The notes beneath the pieces were generated by a model. The model did not search any database, was not told where the DNA came from, and saw nothing but the letters and a program-made list of their open reading frames with translations. Positions 1 to 7,488 of a DNA stretch of 57,968 nt are shown here, in pieces (position 1 is the stretch's first letter; the number at the start of each line of letters is the position of its first letter). Made by a program: the position numbers and the translations under genes. The stretch lies in the IMG/VR virus record IMGVR_UViG_3300034176_000029, positions 1 to 57,968 of that record. One strand, 5' to 3'. Source of the stretch: a virus (Duplodnaviria; Caudoviricetes).

Positions 1-126
1 CTTCCACCCGGTCAGCGATCTGCTGGCGCGTAACAACCTGTTCAACTCGCCCGGCTCGTTCTGTCTCTACGCCGGGTCGACGCCGAACTCGGGCAAGCCG
101 TACCCGGTGGCGACGGACATGCGCTA
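1..126. repeat. Terminal direct overlap, copy 1 (circular assembly signature)
   Basis: Bases 1-126 are identical to 57835-57960. Confidence 0.95.
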
Positions 127-295
127 CATCGACAACCTGTGGGGTCGAAAGTATGATCCCGGCCCCAAGCCCGGCCAGTCTGGTCCGAGGTGCGGCCAGT
201 TCGGGCCGGTGAGTCCGGGTACGTGGCAGTCGGGCGGGTCGTCCGTATGGACGGGCAACCGCTGGCAGGACGGCAGCGGGCCGGTGAACCCATGA
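1..295 (+). CDS. C-terminal part of the beta-helix protein that starts at 56807 (wraps across the ends)
   Basis: The overlap joins ...PYPVATDMR to YIDNLWGRK...GPVNP* in frame. Confidence 0.85.
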   Translation, partial: FHPVSDLLARNNLFNSPGSFCLYAGSTPNSGKPYPVATDMRYIDNLWGRKYDPGPKPGQSGPRCGQFGPVSPGTWQSGGSSVWTGNRWQDGSGPVNP

Positions 296-645
296 CCGAC
301 CCACTCGACGAAGCCGAGCCCGAAGGCATGAGCCTCGTCGTGCCGTTCATCGCCTGCGTGTCACACGGCGGCCAGTACGACGACGACGCGTTCGTGGCGG
401 GCTTCCAATGCGGCGAGATCGACAAGGCACTCGCCACGCTCGCCGCGACGGCGGGAAGTCTGTCGACGCGGATCTCGGCCCGCTGGACCGTGCGGACAGC
501 ACTACTGCCGCAGCTTGAGTTGCTGGCCATGAACCGCGGCTTCATGCACATCGAGGCCGAGGAGATCGGCGAGACCGAGGATCACGACGCGATGCCGGAG
601 TGGTCCGTCGTCACGTTCTCGACGGAAGGGCCGGTGAACCCGTGA
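292..645 (+). CDS. Hypothetical protein, 117 aa
   Basis: ATGA overlap with upstream stop; flanked by 19-bp direct repeats. Confidence 0.75.
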   Translation: MTDPLDEAEPEGMSLVVPFIACVSHGGQYDDDAFVAGFQCGEIDKALATLAATAGSLSTRISARWTVRTALLPQLELLAMNRGFMHIEAEEIGETEDHDAMPEWSVVTFSTEGPVNP

Positions 646-815
646 CGAGCATCGGCACGCGGACGCTCTGGCTGCGGGATGGCTCGATCGTCACCCCGGA
701 CCACCTGTGCCCGGACCTGCTGCGCTTCTCGCAGATCGGTCCGGCGGACAACGCACGAGGCCGCGTCGTGCGCGCCTTCTTCTGGCTGATGCGCATCTGG
801 CCAGTGAAGCGGTAG
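642..815 (+). CDS. Hypothetical protein, 57 aa
   Basis: GTGA overlap with upstream stop; followed by a terminator. Confidence 0.55.
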   Translation: MTSIGTRTLWLRDGSIVTPDHLCPDLLRFSQIGPADNARGRVVRAFFWLMRIWPVKR

Positions 816-857
816 CCTAAACTACGGCTACGACCAACTGGTGCTCTATCCCGATCG

Positions 858-890
858 CGCCCCTCAGCCTCGGCTGGGGGGCGTTGTCGT
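858..890 (+). terminator. Intrinsic terminator ending rightward late transcription
   Basis: 11-bp GC stem CGCCCCTCAGC/GCTGGGGGGCG (one G-U pair) followed by TTGTCGT. Confidence 0.6.
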
Positions 891-1014
891 ATGTCTGGGG
901 GTATGGTGAGCGCGCACGCGGGATATGTCGATGCAGTGTCCGGACGACGCGGCTTACACACTCCGCATCCCGCGCGCCTAACTTCATTGCAGGACTTTGG
1001 GCCTGCTTCAAGGC

Positions 1015-1063
1015 AAAAAAGGGGCACCACCCGCCTGTTGGTCGGGTGGTGCCCCTCTCCTTT
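1015..1063 (-). terminator. Intrinsic, probably bidirectional, terminator ending the leftward operon
   Basis: Perfect 14-bp stem AGGGGCACCACCCG/CGGGTGGTGCCCCT; A6 on + gives a U tract on -. Confidence 0.8.
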
Positions 1064-1106
1064 GTACCGAGCGGCCAACAGGACCGCTAGGCCCGCTGGC
1101 TTTACC

Positions 1107-1670
1107 TCACTGCGCTACCGCCGGGGAAACCGGCGCCACCCCTGCGACCTCGAGCATCCTGTTCGCCTCGACGTCGGTGTTCGGAGCCCTCGGCGTGCGC
1201 CGCTTGGTCGGGGTCGTCTTCCGGGAGGTCTGCTTGCGGGTCACTGCCGACTTCCGACCAGCCTGCACGCGCACCGGGTCCTTGGGCCGGGTACGAGCCC
1301 TGACCGCTGACGTCACGAACTCCGAAAGGAGGTAGGCGACGACGGTCCACAGGTTCGCAAACTTCGCTCCGAGTGTCCCGCCGGCGATGAAGTTCGCCGT
1401 ACCGGACACCGCGACGGCGAGGATCAGGACGATCAGGCTAGTCCAGAAGCCGCGCCGTGCCAGGTCAGGAATGTGCAGAGCGATGTTGCACGTGATGGCT
1501 AGCAGGTCGACGGTCAGCGGCACCGCGTACGAGGCCACGTCGTCAACGCCCCACGACTTCAGCAACGCGCGCTGGTGGCCGTAGGACACCGCCGCCGCGA
1601 CGACCATGATGAGCGTCGTCGAGAAGCGGGTTCGCTGGAACGCAGTGAGACTGCGTAGGTACTGGAACAT
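1107..1670 (-). CDS. DUF2637-like (SpdA-like) multi-pass membrane protein with a basic C-terminal tail
   Basis: About four hydrophobic helices; VSYGH, PLTVD and SGTAN motifs typical of DUF2637; RBS GGGAGGGAG. Confidence 0.7.
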   Translation of the reverse strand: MFQYLRSLTAFQRTRFSTTLIMVVAAAVSYGHQRALLKSWGVDDVASYAVPLTVDLLAITCNIALHIPDLARRGFWTSLIVLILAVAVSGTANFIAGGTLGAKFANLWTVVAYLLSEFVTSAVRARTRPKDPVRVQAGRKSAVTRKQTSRKTTPTKRRTPRAPNTDVEANRMLEVAGVAPVSPAVAQ

Positions 1671-1689
1671 CGTGGGTCTCCCTCCCACT

Positions 1690-2030
1690 GGCACCCCTCG
1701 GATGGGGGTGCGGGGTGCGAGCGCCGGGTGTGAGCCCGTCTGGGGAGATGCCTGCTCGCTGCCGCGGTGACTTCACGCGGCGTAAGTCTTAGGTGCCGGG
1801 ATCCGCTCCCGGCCGGCGGCGTCTGAGGCTGGCGACTGCTCCCGCGTTGGGATCTAGCTCTCTTCCTGGCTGTCCGTCTGCCTCGCCTCGGACTTGCTGC
1901 ATGGCCGTCGCCTGCTGGACCTTGCGCTGTATTCGTCCGCGCTCGCTTCGACTGGCCTCTGTTTACGTCACTAGCCTCTGACGTCGTGCCCGCCCGGGGC
2001 TCGCACCCGGGCGCCTGCTGGTCGGGCGAA
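1690..2030 (-). ncRNA. Candidate structured RNA domain B (intergenic)
   Basis: No credible ORF; U-poor on the - strand; several stems, a tRNA-minihelix-like element at 1988-2027 and long-range pairings. Confidence 0.4.
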
Positions 2031-2032
2031 CC

Positions 2033-2233
2033 TTATGAGTTGATAAAGCAGATTTGCTGCCATGTCCAGCCGCTTTCGAGGAGGATGCATAGCGCTTCCT
2101 CAGCATCCGAAACAGGGATCGGCTCTTTGCGTTTCCATGCTTCACGCTCAAGGGCTTTCAGGACCATCCGCTCACCGGCAAAGGTCTGATGCATCACTGC
2201 AATTGCCTTGCCGACTTCATCAATGCCCGTCAT
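2033..2233 (-). CDS. Hypothetical protein, 66 aa
   Basis: ATG preceded by GGAAGGAAG RBS; helical-looking sequence. Confidence 0.7.
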   Translation of the reverse strand: MTGIDEVGKAIAVMHQTFAGERMVLKALEREAWKRKEPIPVSDAEEALCILLESGWTWQQICFINS

Positions 2234-2239
2234 GTCGGT

Positions 2240-2552
2240 CTTCCTTCCGACGCTCCGCCGGGATGGCGGGGTGAGTGGACCTGGGTGGATTCGGACCACC
2301 CGCGGTGGACTTACGCCTCGGCGTTCGTTCAGGCTGCCTGGCCGTGCGTGCCTTGCGGTCCTTGGCCCTGGGCGCCGATCGCGCGCTGTGCGCTGCGTAC
2401 TCGTCGCTCCTGGGCTGGTGCCGGTGTCTCACCGGCTGGTTGGCCCGACTGTGTGCGTCGGATTCTCTGGTCGTCGGTCTGGTTCACGGCCTCGGGTCGA
2501 CTGCTTGCGCTGACCTGCACCCTGGGCGGTGGTCCGATCTCCTGTTGTTCTA
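2240..2552 (-). ncRNA. Candidate structured RNA domain A (long 5' leader)
   Basis: Starts just after a good promoter; closed by a 10-bp helix (2528-2537 with 2291-2300); GCAA tetraloops; T-loop-like hairpin at 2283-2301. Confidence 0.45.
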
Positions 2553-2557
2553 CCTTC

Positions 2558-2593
2558 ACTCTACCACTATCAACGGTACTAGCGCAAGTACCG
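2558..2593 (-). promoter_or_regulatory. Leftward sigma70/HrdB-type promoter overlapped by a palindromic operator
   Basis: TTGCGC-N18-TAGAGT; CGGTACT-N6-AGTACCG at 2574-2593 covers the -35 box. Confidence 0.6.
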
Positions 2594-2667
2594 GCATCAT
2601 ACCTTCGGTCAGAGTTCGCCAACGTTCGTACATTCGCGGGCACTAACGCCGGTGCTAGCCTTGACAC

Positions 2668-2892
2668 ATGACCGACCTCGACACCCTCGGCCGTCGCCAC
2701 CGCAAGTTGGTCGCCGACCTGGCCGAACTTCGCGAGCAACTCGCCGACGCCATGCGTACCGATCGTGAGGCCGGCGCAACCTATGTCGACCTGATGAACC
2801 GGTCCGGCTATACCAGCATCGAGACCGTCCGGCAGATCGTGAAGCCCGGCGCCCGCGAGACGGTCAACGCCGGCCGGCGGCGTACGGATTAG
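2668..2892 (+). CDS. Small HTH DNA-binding protein, probably leaderless
   Basis: Coiled N-terminus plus HTH-like ATYVDLMNRSGYTSIETVRQIV; -10 TAGCCT 6 nt before ATG. Confidence 0.7.
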   Translation: MTDLDTLGRRHRKLVADLAELREQLADAMRTDREAGATYVDLMNRSGYTSIETVRQIVKPGARETVNAGRRRTD

Positions 2893-2940
2893 CCGATCAT
2901 CCGACGCCACAACTTGCACGTGTCAGACACGCTAGGTTGT

Positions 2941-3342
2941 GTGACCAGACGCCGCATCGTCATCCTCGCCACCATCGCAGCCGTCCTCGCCGTCAGTGCG
3001 ATCAGCACCATCGCCGCCGCCAGCAAAGACGAACCCGTCCAGCAGTTGGGTACAGCGCCGTTCGACCAGGCAGCGTTCAACACGTGGTGGAACGACCCGG
3101 GCATCCTGCCCATCACCCGCCAGCACGTCACGGCCGTCGATTGGAACTCGGGAATTCTGGTGGCGCACACCAGCCTGTTCGCGGATGGCGACGCGGTCGA
3201 GCCGGCGTTAAAGATCTGCCAAGCCCTCGCCGCCTACTCCGCCGACAAGCCCGACTTCTACCCGGTGCAGGTGATGGACCGCGGCGATCTGATCCTGACA
3301 TCGCGGCACACCCGGGCCGACACATGCCAGTGGCGTAGATAG
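2941..3342 (+). CDS. Secreted or membrane-anchored protein (possible superinfection exclusion / lysogenic conversion)
   Basis: RRR followed by a hydrophobic signal/anchor; two Cys; sits beside the integrase. Confidence 0.65.
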   Translation: MTRRRIVILATIAAVLAVSAISTIAAASKDEPVQQLGTAPFDQAAFNTWWNDPGILPITRQHVTAVDWNSGILVAHTSLFADGDAVEPALKICQALAAYSADKPDFYPVQVMDRGDLILTSRHTRADTCQWRR

Positions 3343-3363
3343 GTTCAGGCTGGGGCTCTCCGA

Positions 3364-3416
3364 TTTGGCAGGAACCTGCCAGGCTTATGTTGTTGAACCT
3401 GGCAGGTCCTGTCAGG
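3364..3416. repeat. Four CCTGNCAGG-like units; candidate att/recombinase site or bidirectional terminator
   Basis: Units at 3364, 3375, 3398 and 3408; 10-bp inverted repeat ACCTGCCAGG/CCTGGCAGGT around a 14-bp AT-rich spacer. Confidence 0.5.
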
Positions 3417-3421
3417 CTGAT

Positions 3422-4282
3422 TTACGCCGCGTTTGCGGTGCCGCCGAGCTGGCTACCATCCAGCTCGGCGGTTCCCATGACGGGTAGGAAACGGATCGCC
3501 GCCGCGTGCCGGCGTTGGGCCACCTTGAGGTAGCCCATGGTTGTTGCCACTGACGCGTGGCCCATCAGCTGGCTCACAACCTCGAGGCCGACGCCTTGAT
3601 CACACAGAGTCGTTGCGAACCAGTGCCGGAATTTGTGCCAGTGAATATCTGGCAGGCCGATACGCTGCCAGTGCCTGCCCTGTGCTCGAGTCAACCAACC
3701 AGCCGTGACAGGGGATCCCTCGTTGTCGCGGATTATCGGGCCTTGCGGGAGTGTCTGAACATAGGCCCACACAACCGGGTGGGTAGGGATGAACCGACTT
3801 TTGCCGCCTTTGCCGTTGCGGACGTGCACGGAGTCTTCGGTCACGTCCGACCGGAGCAGGCGTGCGGCTTCGCCGCAACGCAGCCCTTCGTAGGCGCAGA
3901 GGATGATCGCGGCCCGCCACGGGTCGTCCGGCGAGTTATCGAGCGCCGCGGTCAGTTCACCGTCGGTGACGGGGTGGGGTGTGGAGTCGCCCGGCTTGGG
4001 TCTGGCCACCGTTGTCATCGGATTGAAGTCGATCTTCCCAACGTCGAGCATCGTGCTGTAGTAACTGTTCAGATGCGAGAAGTAGGTTGATCGGGTCCAG
4101 GGTTTACGGCAGGCGGCGAGGATGGCGGAGATCTCGTCGCCGCAGGCCCCGTTCAGGCCTTCGGGTAGGTCACGGTCGATGCGGCGTAGTGCCCGGCAGC
4201 GGGCTCCGATGGTTTCTGTGCTACGTCCGGCGGCTCGTAGCCGTTCGGTGTAGGCGTCGAGAAGGTCTGTCATCTTCGGCAT
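3422..4282 (-). CDS. int: Tyrosine integrase/recombinase, 286 aa, no arm-binding domain, C-terminal ANAA
   Basis: Catalytic set GLR, GKGGK, HKFRH, LMGH, TMGY; RBS AAAGGAG. Confidence 0.95.
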   Translation of the reverse strand: MPKMTDLLDAYTERLRAAGRSTETIGARCRALRRIDRDLPEGLNGACGDEISAILAACRKPWTRSTYFSHLNSYYSTMLDVGKIDFNPMTTVARPKPGDSTPHPVTDGELTAALDNSPDDPWRAAIILCAYEGLRCGEAARLLRSDVTEDSVHVRNGKGGKSRFIPTHPVVWAYVQTLPQGPIIRDNEGSPVTAGWLTRAQGRHWQRIGLPDIHWHKFRHWFATTLCDQGVGLEVVSQLMGHASVATTMGYLKVAQRRHAAAIRFLPVMGTAELDGSQLGGTANAA

Positions 4283-4292
4283 GCTGCTCCTT

Positions 4293-4757
4293 TCACGCTC
4301 TGCGCGTAAGCCCGTACGGGCTGTAGGTCTGACGTTCGGCGACACGGCTAGTCCTTGTCGACCCGTCGGGTTTGATTGATCCGGACGGATGCCCGATAGG
4401 CCGGCCGTCACCTGGCCGTGTAGAGATTCTTCGATTCATGGGACGACGTGACACGATCTTCGTCGGGAGAAATGTCTCGGTAACCCCTGATCTTCGACGC
4501 AGCCTCGACCCGGCCAGAAGCCAGCCGAAGTCACAACCGGTTCGCTCAGAGATCGTCGACGCGATCTCCACAACATCACGTGGAGCTCGGCCATCGCGCT
4601 CCCACCTGCGCCAACTCTCAACGGGAAGCCCGCATGCGTCCGCGGCTTCCTTGAGATTGCCCCAAGCCATGCGCTGCCGGATCAGAGCCAGACGGGCGCC
4701 GAACGTGGAGTCGTCGGCCACCCAGCCTGTCCGGTGCTCGCCAACCGAAGTGGTCAT
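4293..4757 (-). CDS. Immunity repressor (XRE-type HTH) with a long low-complexity C-terminal tail
   Basis: FGARLALIRQ..LKEAADACGLPVESWRRWE..FGWLLAG; divergent from cro; upstream of int. Confidence 0.85.
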   Translation of the reverse strand: MTTSVGEHRTGWVADDSTFGARLALIRQRMAWGNLKEAADACGLPVESWRRWERDGRAPRDVVEIASTISERTGCDFGWLLAGSRLRRRSGVTETFLPTKIVSRRPMNRRISTRPGDGRPIGHPSGSIKPDGSTRTSRVAERQTYSPYGLTRRA

Positions 4758-4764
4758 AACCGTC

Positions 4765-4792
4765 AGCGTACGTGTTTATGCCGGATGCGCAA
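4765..4792 (-). promoter_or_regulatory. Repressor promoter (leaderless transcript)
   Basis: TTGCGC-N16-TACGCT, 7 nt before ATG. Confidence 0.55.
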
Positions 4793-4814
4793 GGGGACAC
4801 GTCAAAAGTGGTGC

Positions 4815-4844
4815 TTGACACCGGGCGACTAGGGAGTTTACGGT
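4815..4844 (+). promoter_or_regulatory. Early lytic promoter (leaderless transcript)
   Basis: TTGACA-N18-TACGGT, 7 nt before ATG 4852. Confidence 0.75.
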
Positions 4845-4851
4845 CTGGTGC

Positions 4852-5049
4852 ATGACATCGCGTACGGCGCTTCTCACCACCAATGAGGTGGCTGATGAGT
4901 GCAAGGTAACCGCTGAAACTGTGCGGGTGTGGGTGCGAGATGGCCGACTCGCCGCGATCACCCTGCCGGGTGGATCCAAGCGGTTCCGCCGCGAAGACGT
5001 CGACAGGCTGCTCACCCCGACCGAGCCCACCACGGCTGGTGCGGCGTGA
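4852..5049 (+). CDS. Cro/excisionase-like HTH (HTH_17 type), C-terminal AGAA
   Basis: LLTTNEVADECKVTAETVRVWVRDGRL..LPGG..RF signature. Confidence 0.85.
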   Translation: MTSRTALLTTNEVADECKVTAETVRVWVRDGRLAAITLPGGSKRFRREDVDRLLTPTEPTTAGAA

Positions 5050-5381
5050 TCACCGCCGGTGGTCCCGGACCAACAGGCCCCCCCGGCCCGACACATCCCA
5101 CCGGACCCGCCGGCCCAGGACCGTCCGGCCCCGCCACTCCACGTCCGCCGTCACCGCCGAGCGGCCCGCCACGCGGCAGCCACAACGCGCCGCGTCCGGC
5201 GAAGGCGTTCTGGCTCGGCCAGACGACGTACGGAGACATTGTTCGCCGCCGTCGCTACGCCCGGTCCTTCAACGGCTGGAAGGCAGCGATGGCCGACTTG
5301 ATCGAAGCCACCATGCCGGTCCGGGTGTTCCGCGATCTTGGCAGGCAATGCGGCGAATACCGACGTGAGGCGATCCAATGA
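5046..5381 (+). CDS. Hypothetical protein with a Gly/Pro-rich N-terminus
   Basis: GTGA overlap; GPT/GPP/GPA repeats. Confidence 0.55.
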   Translation: MITAGGPGPTGPPGPTHPTGPAGPGPSGPATPRPPSPPSGPPRGSHNAPRPAKAFWLGQTTYGDIVRRRRYARSFNGWKAAMADLIEATMPVRVFRDLGRQCGEYRREAIQ

Positions 5382-5419
5382 CCAACCCCAACCCGCCACC
5401 GTCGGCGGTGACCCGGTGA
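5378..5419 (+). CDS. 13-codon mini-ORF coupling the flanking genes
   Basis: ATGA overlap upstream and GTGA overlap downstream. Confidence 0.35.
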   Translation: MTNPNPPPSAVTR

Positions 5420-5589
5420 ACATCCACGGCAGCGGCTGCCCAATCTGCGGCGACAACAACGCCGACCAACTGGCGCATGTGATGGCCGACCACTCGTGGC
5501 ATGAGCGGTGGCGGCTGTACTGGCAGACCCGCCAACACATGCGCGAGTTGCTGATCAGCCGCAAGGACAAGTCGGCAGGTGCGCGGTGA
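5416..5589 (+). CDS. Small putative Zn-binding protein
   Basis: CPICG..H....H pattern; coupled overlaps. Confidence 0.55.
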   Translation: MNIHGSGCPICGDNNADQLAHVMADHSWHERWRLYWQTRQHMRELLISRKDKSAGAR

Positions 5590-5867
5590 GCGCCGACGTT
5601 CAGCACGAACTGACCCACGCCGACTACGTCGACCAGGTCGACCAGCTCCGCGCAGCATTCGCGATCGTCGCCGATTTGGAGGTGGCCGAGATGCGTGCCC
5701 ACCACGACAAGCTCCGAGCCCTCGGGCCGCTGGATCCGGTCGCATGGGCCAAGCACGGCAAGCGCATTCAGGAGGAGCTGTACCTGATCGCGCTCGCTGA
5801 GGACGTGGTTGCGGTGATGGCTCGCCTCGGTTCCCCACCTGATCTCGCGTCGGCGCCCCCCGCCTGA
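5586..5867 (+). CDS. Hypothetical protein
   Basis: GTGA overlap; helical composition. Confidence 0.65.
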   Translation: MSADVQHELTHADYVDQVDQLRAAFAIVADLEVAEMRAHHDKLRALGPLDPVAWAKHGKRIQEELYLIALAEDVVAVMARLGSPPDLASAPPA

Positions 5868-6061
5868 CGCGTCGGGGCCGGCTCCCGGTGTGGGGATCGG
5901 AGCCGGCCCACCAAATCTCCCCGCACCGGATCTGCGACGACGAGGTAGCGGGTGAACGCGGAGTCCGGCCCTTGCTTCCCCGGGGGGCCGGGCACCGCAC
6001 CGAAGAAGAAGGCCCCGGATGAGACCCGGGGCCGCGGACACCGAATCGAAGGAGGGAACCG

Positions 6062-6289
6062 ATGTCCACACCGAGTATCGCAGACTACTTCGAGACCTGC
6101 GAACCGGCCTACCCGTGGGGCGAGCGGTACCAGCTGCACGCCGCCGCCGCAGCCGCCTACAGCCATGTGCTGCAGGGCAGCCGGGCCGAGGTTGAGGCCG
6201 TCCTGAAGGGACTCACCCCGCAGCAGCGCGAGCAGGTCAAGACTGCGGCGGCTGTTCTCGCCGCACTCGCGGGAGAGGTGTCGTCATGA
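6062..6289 (+). CDS. Hypothetical protein
   Basis: Strong RBS AAGGAGGG. Confidence 0.75.
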   Translation: MSTPSIADYFETCEPAYPWGERYQLHAAAAAAYSHVLQGSRAEVEAVLKGLTPQQREQVKTAAAVLAALAGEVSS

Positions 6290-6798
6290 GGTATCGACTG
6301 CCCGAGGTGCTCGGCGGGGGCGAGTACAACGGAACCCCGACGTCGTTCGCCGGCACCGAGTACCGATGCTTCGACGTGGACGGCGTGAACTTCTACGTCC
6401 GACTCGCCGACCTCACGGAAGCTAAGCCACCGCTACCGCCGGAGCCGCCGGTCCGTTCCGTCGTCCTCGCCGAAGCACCGTTCGCCACCCCGGTCGTGTT
6501 CTTCCGTTATCCGAACGGGTGGGCTGAGCCGGCCGGGTCGACGTACTACGACTGGGCCAAGGTCTGCTCGTACGGCACCCCGGTCCGTTACGTGCCGGAC
6601 CCGTTCGCCGAGCCGGTCACGTTGCCGTGGATGGGCATCAGCGACACTTCCGACGAGATCTTCGTCAACAGACACCTCGGCGCTGTCGCCAAATTGGTGT
6701 GGGTGGCGGTAGACGGCACTGAGCGGGCGGTCAAGGCGGACGTGGCCAAGGCGATGGCACGCGCACTGTGGGCGGCTGCCGATGAGGTGGCGTCATGA
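6286..6798 (+). CDS. Hypothetical protein
   Basis: ATGA overlap, GAGGTG RBS. Confidence 0.75.
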   Translation: MRYRLPEVLGGGEYNGTPTSFAGTEYRCFDVDGVNFYVRLADLTEAKPPLPPEPPVRSVVLAEAPFATPVVFFRYPNGWAEPAGSTYYDWAKVCSYGTPVRYVPDPFAEPVTLPWMGISDTSDEIFVNRHLGAVAKLVWVAVDGTERAVKADVAKAMARALWAAADEVAS

Positions 6799-7091
6799 CC
6801 CACACCCACGAAGCCCCCGCCAGCGTCCACTCATCCACCGAACCGCAAACGTTCGTCTCCGTGGCTGTGCGCCGCGCCTGGACCGGCGACATGGGCTGCG
6901 CCGAACAGTGGCTGAGGTACCTCGACGGCGACGACCTGCGTCACGCCTGCACAGTGCTGCGAAGGGTGGCCGTTTTGGCTGAGGCCATCCGGTTCGAAGG
7001 CCTGGCGCAGCGGGTGGTCGCGAGTCAGGGCTACATGGTCACCGGTCCGGCCGGCTCCGCCCACGGCGCGCCTGATTGGAGAGACGAATGA
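6795..7091 (+). CDS. Hypothetical protein
   Basis: ATGA overlap. Confidence 0.7.
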   Translation: MTHTHEAPASVHSSTEPQTFVSVAVRRAWTGDMGCAEQWLRYLDGDDLRHACTVLRRVAVLAEAIRFEGLAQRVVASQGYMVTGPAGSAHGAPDWRDE

Positions 7092-7348
7092 CCGGGTTCG
7101 ATGAGACGCCGCCGCCGTCGTGGCAGGAGATCGCCGAAGGGTTGGCCAACCAACTTCAAGAACTGCGGGAGGAATTGGCAACGGCGCGCACGTTGGCGAA
7201 CGCGACGATCAACGAGTGGCGTCCGGTCATCACTGCAGCCAAGGCATGGCGGGCGCAGTTCAGCAACTCAGCCGACACGAAGCTGCCGCGAATGTGGGCA
7301 CTCATCGAAGCCGTCGACAACCTCACGGCGGATGGCGGTGCCTCATGA
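7088..7348 (+). CDS. Hypothetical coiled-coil protein
   Basis: ATGA overlap. Confidence 0.7.
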   Translation: MTGFDETPPPSWQEIAEGLANQLQELREELATARTLANATINEWRPVITAAKAWRAQFSNSADTKLPRMWALIEAVDNLTADGGAS

Positions 7349-7488
7349 CCCCCACCCCGTCTGCCCGTCTCACCGCCCGTCAGGTGCAGGTTTTGCGCAT
7401 CCTCAACACACCCGCCGGGGTGTATGTGCGCGAGTCGCCGCTGCTGGATGCGGTGGCGTACGCCGAACGGATGAGGAGGCGGCGGTGA
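7345..7488 (+). CDS. Hypothetical protein, 47 aa
   Basis: Overlaps on both sides. Confidence 0.55.
   Translation: MTPTPSARLTARQVQVLRILNTPAGVYVRESPLLDAVAYAERMRRRR

Noticed and set aside
1-126. Biological direct terminal repeat
   Set aside because: Falls mid-gene, far from the terminase genes, and its length fits an assembly k-mer overlap
884-1011. Small ORFs or sRNA between the two terminators
   Set aside because: No RBS or promoter support; only a short CGCGGGAT/ATCCCGCG inverted repeat
1880-1960. raiA-motif RNA (short words such as GCCAGUCG and UCCAGCAGGCGA recalled from memory)
   Set aside because: Element order and pseudoknot partners do not match my recollection; needs an Infernal search
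1986-2030. tRNA gene
   Set aside because: Only acceptor/T-arm-like stems, with no D or anticodon arms; no full tRNA seen in the window
3368-3395. dif-like site (TTATGTT resembles a XerD arm)
   Set aside because: No XerC-like arm at 6-bp spacing
4892-4920. Hammerhead-like CTGATGAG...GAAAC
   Set aside because: Stem II does not pair, and the sequence lies within conserved HTH codons
5876-5930. HDV-like ribozyme (begins GGCCGGC with a pseudoknot)
   Set aside because: No P3/L3 or P1.1 elements identifiable
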